Shown here: positions 63,044 to 64,000 of the stretch, piece after piece
Layout of the letters: each line of letters starts with the position of its first letter
Position numbering within the stretch: position 1 is the first letter of the stretch
DNA from: a virus
Reading direction: 5' to 3' (one strand)
IMG/VR virus record: IMGVR_UViG_3300029319_000003
Coordinates: 120,188-184,187 of that record
DNA: 64,000 nt
Notes under the pieces: generated by a model
Seen by the model: the letters and a program-made list of their open reading frames with translations, nothing else
What the model was told of the DNA's origin: nothing
Databases searched by the model: none
Translations under genes and position numbers: made by a program

Positions 63044-63183
63044 GTGTTGCACTTCCCCTTGTGTTTAACCTTTCGCGTATACCGTGACTTGTCTTTGTGC
63101 TTACCCGCGCCACTGCGGAAGTGGGCTGCGACCGCCAACCAGTTACGCGGTTTTGGTTTAGTGACTACTACTTTGTTTTTCAT
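63040..63183 (-). CDS. 47-aa basic protein resembling ArfA-type alternative ribosome-rescue factors (not in ORF track)
   Basis: MKNKVVVTKPKPRNWLAVAAHFRSGAGKHKDKSRYTRKVKHKGKCNT; ATGA overlaps on both sides; YxRKxKH motif. Confidence 0.6.
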   Translation of the reverse strand: MKNKVVVTKPKPRNWLAVAAHFRSGAGKHKDKSRYTRKVKHKGKCNT

Positions 63184-63401
63184 GATCCTGCGACCTTAAA
63201 CTCTTTAGATTGCTCCCAACAACCAAAGCCGCCCATAATACCGGGAGCGATAGGAACGTCGGGCGCAGCCGGATCTTCCTCAACCAAAAGAACCCATGAA
63301 CCATCGTCATCGTCCATAGTAGCCGCTACCTCAAATACCAACTCCGCGTCATCTGGATGCGGGCGAACGTACTGAACTAAATCTCCAACTGAAACAAACA
63401 T
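63180..63401 (-). CDS. VGDLV-family small protein
   Basis: VSVGDLVQY...FEVAA...FKVAG; first gene after a promoter. Confidence 0.75.
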   Translation of the reverse strand: MFVSVGDLVQYVRPHPDDAELVFEVAATMDDDDGSWVLLVEEDPAAPDVPIAPGIMGGFGCWEQSKEFKVAGS

Positions 63402-63423
63402 ACACTACCTCCTATGCACTAGC

Positions 63424-63452
63424 ATTATCGCATTTCTGCAATCTGCTGTCAA
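63424..63452 (-). promoter_or_regulatory. sigma70-type promoter
   Basis: TTGACA-17 bp-GATAAT, followed by GGAGG RBS. Confidence 0.8.
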
Positions 63453-63473
63453 GTGTTTTTTTTAAATCTGAAA

Positions 63474-63701
63474 TTATTTTTTGGGGGATTTTTTCCCTCG
63501 CTTCTTTTTTACGATCATCCCAACTGGGCTGCTGTTCTCATCGTCCAACCAAATGATTACTTCTTTAGCGCTCTCCACCCGTTCGGTCTTATGGTGCCCG
63601 ATTTCTTTCGCCGCTTTTTTTAATGCTGCACTCTCGGATGAATGACTGCCGATCAACTCGCCTTGAATATAGTGACCGTCGTATTTATAAACTTTCCACA
63701 T
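63474..63701 (-). CDS. Hypothetical protein with basic C-terminus
   Basis: MWKVYKYDG...KKKRGKKSPKK; GAGGA RBS. Confidence 0.7.
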   Translation of the reverse strand: MWKVYKYDGHYIQGELIGSHSSESAALKKAAKEIGHHKTERVESAKEVIIWLDDENSSPVGMIVKKKRGKKSPKK

Positions 63702-63754
63702 GATTCCTCAAATCTCAAAAATTTCCCGCAGATCGAAAACTGCCTTAGCCCCAA

Positions 63755-63870
63755 TATGGGGGTCCAGTAGGGGGGTGGGACATAGATTCCGGTAGGGGGC
63801 TCCCTCCCTCGGGGGGTAGGGGGTACCCCCCCCTATACCCTTGTATACCCTTATACCCTATATACCCCTA
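63755..63870. repeat. G-run cluster, GGGGGTACCCCC palindrome and four TATACCC repeats
   Basis: Five G5-6 runs then CTATACCC, GTATACCC, TTATACCC, ATATACCCC in a non-coding gap. Confidence 0.7.
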
Positions 63871-64000
63871 TGCACACTCTCTCCACAGCAGATGGTCTTC
63901 CACCTCTTCTGCTGCTCCCTCCACCTCATTCAGCAGAGCCTCACATGCTGCTCGCTCTCTCCACTCACCGTGCCAGTGTACCAACACGGCTTCCATCTCT
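63868..64000 (-). CDS. 3' end of a CDS entering from the right edge
   Basis: Open frame ...EMEAVLVHWHGEWRERAACEALLNEVEGAAEEVEDHLLWRECA-TAG. Confidence 0.55.
   Translation of the reverse strand, partial: EMEAVLVHWHGEWRERAACEALLNEVEGAAEEVEDHLLWRECA

Noticed and set aside
240-63375. Most plus-strand ORFs and nested minus-strand ORFs in the track
   Set aside because: They are antisense or out-of-frame shadows of longer genes with recognisable motifs; only 24739-25566 and 26894-27454 have their own signals.
50203-63401. Diversity-generating retroelement behind the VGDLV family
   Set aside because: No reverse transcriptase and no template/variable repeat pair differing at adenines; similarity is at protein level only.
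1-64000. CRISPR array or cas operon (prompted by the Cas4-like gene)
   Set aside because: No regularly spaced direct repeats were seen, and no other cas-like ORFs.
1-64000. Stop-codon reassignment (alternative genetic code)
   Set aside because: Long genes are intact in code 11, TAG and TGA end genes at sensible operon junctions, and no suppressor tRNA is present.

Overview
This is a 64-kb segment of a large (jumbo/huge-type) tailed myophage genome using the standard genetic code, with almost every gene on the minus strand. Left to right it carries: (1) a baseplate module (gp6-like wedge, gp25-like protein, a 2043-aa protein, an HxH-tipped spike, and a gp5-like protein with NlpC/P60-like and M15 peptidase domains) followed by a gp55-like late sigma factor; (2) a glycosylation cluster (GT2, three GT4-type enzymes, gmd), a Cas4-like nuclease and a PIN-PhoH protein; (3) an RNA island at 25.5-28.2 kb with four ordinary tRNAs, two very unusual long-variable-arm tRNAs, a tmRNA and two unassigned structured RNAs; (4) putative virion and internal-head genes, including three Cys-rich proteins, a ligase-like/HIGH-nucleotidyltransferase/ParB fusion and a run of acidic proteins sharing an MKIT..L...I...L.E leader; (5) an early, sigma70-promoter region at 50-64 kb with about 31 paralogous small 'VGDLV' beta-barrel proteins, a second copy of one of the unassigned RNAs, an unannotated ArfA-like ORF and a G-rich/TATACCC element. 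The best leads are the two-copy covarying pseudoknot RNA, the tRNA with a second anticodon-like loop, the Ser/Leu-bodied GUC tRNA, the 206-nt inter-tRNA RNA and the beta-barrel gene expansion. All family assignments come from motif recognition by eye; no database search or folding program was run.
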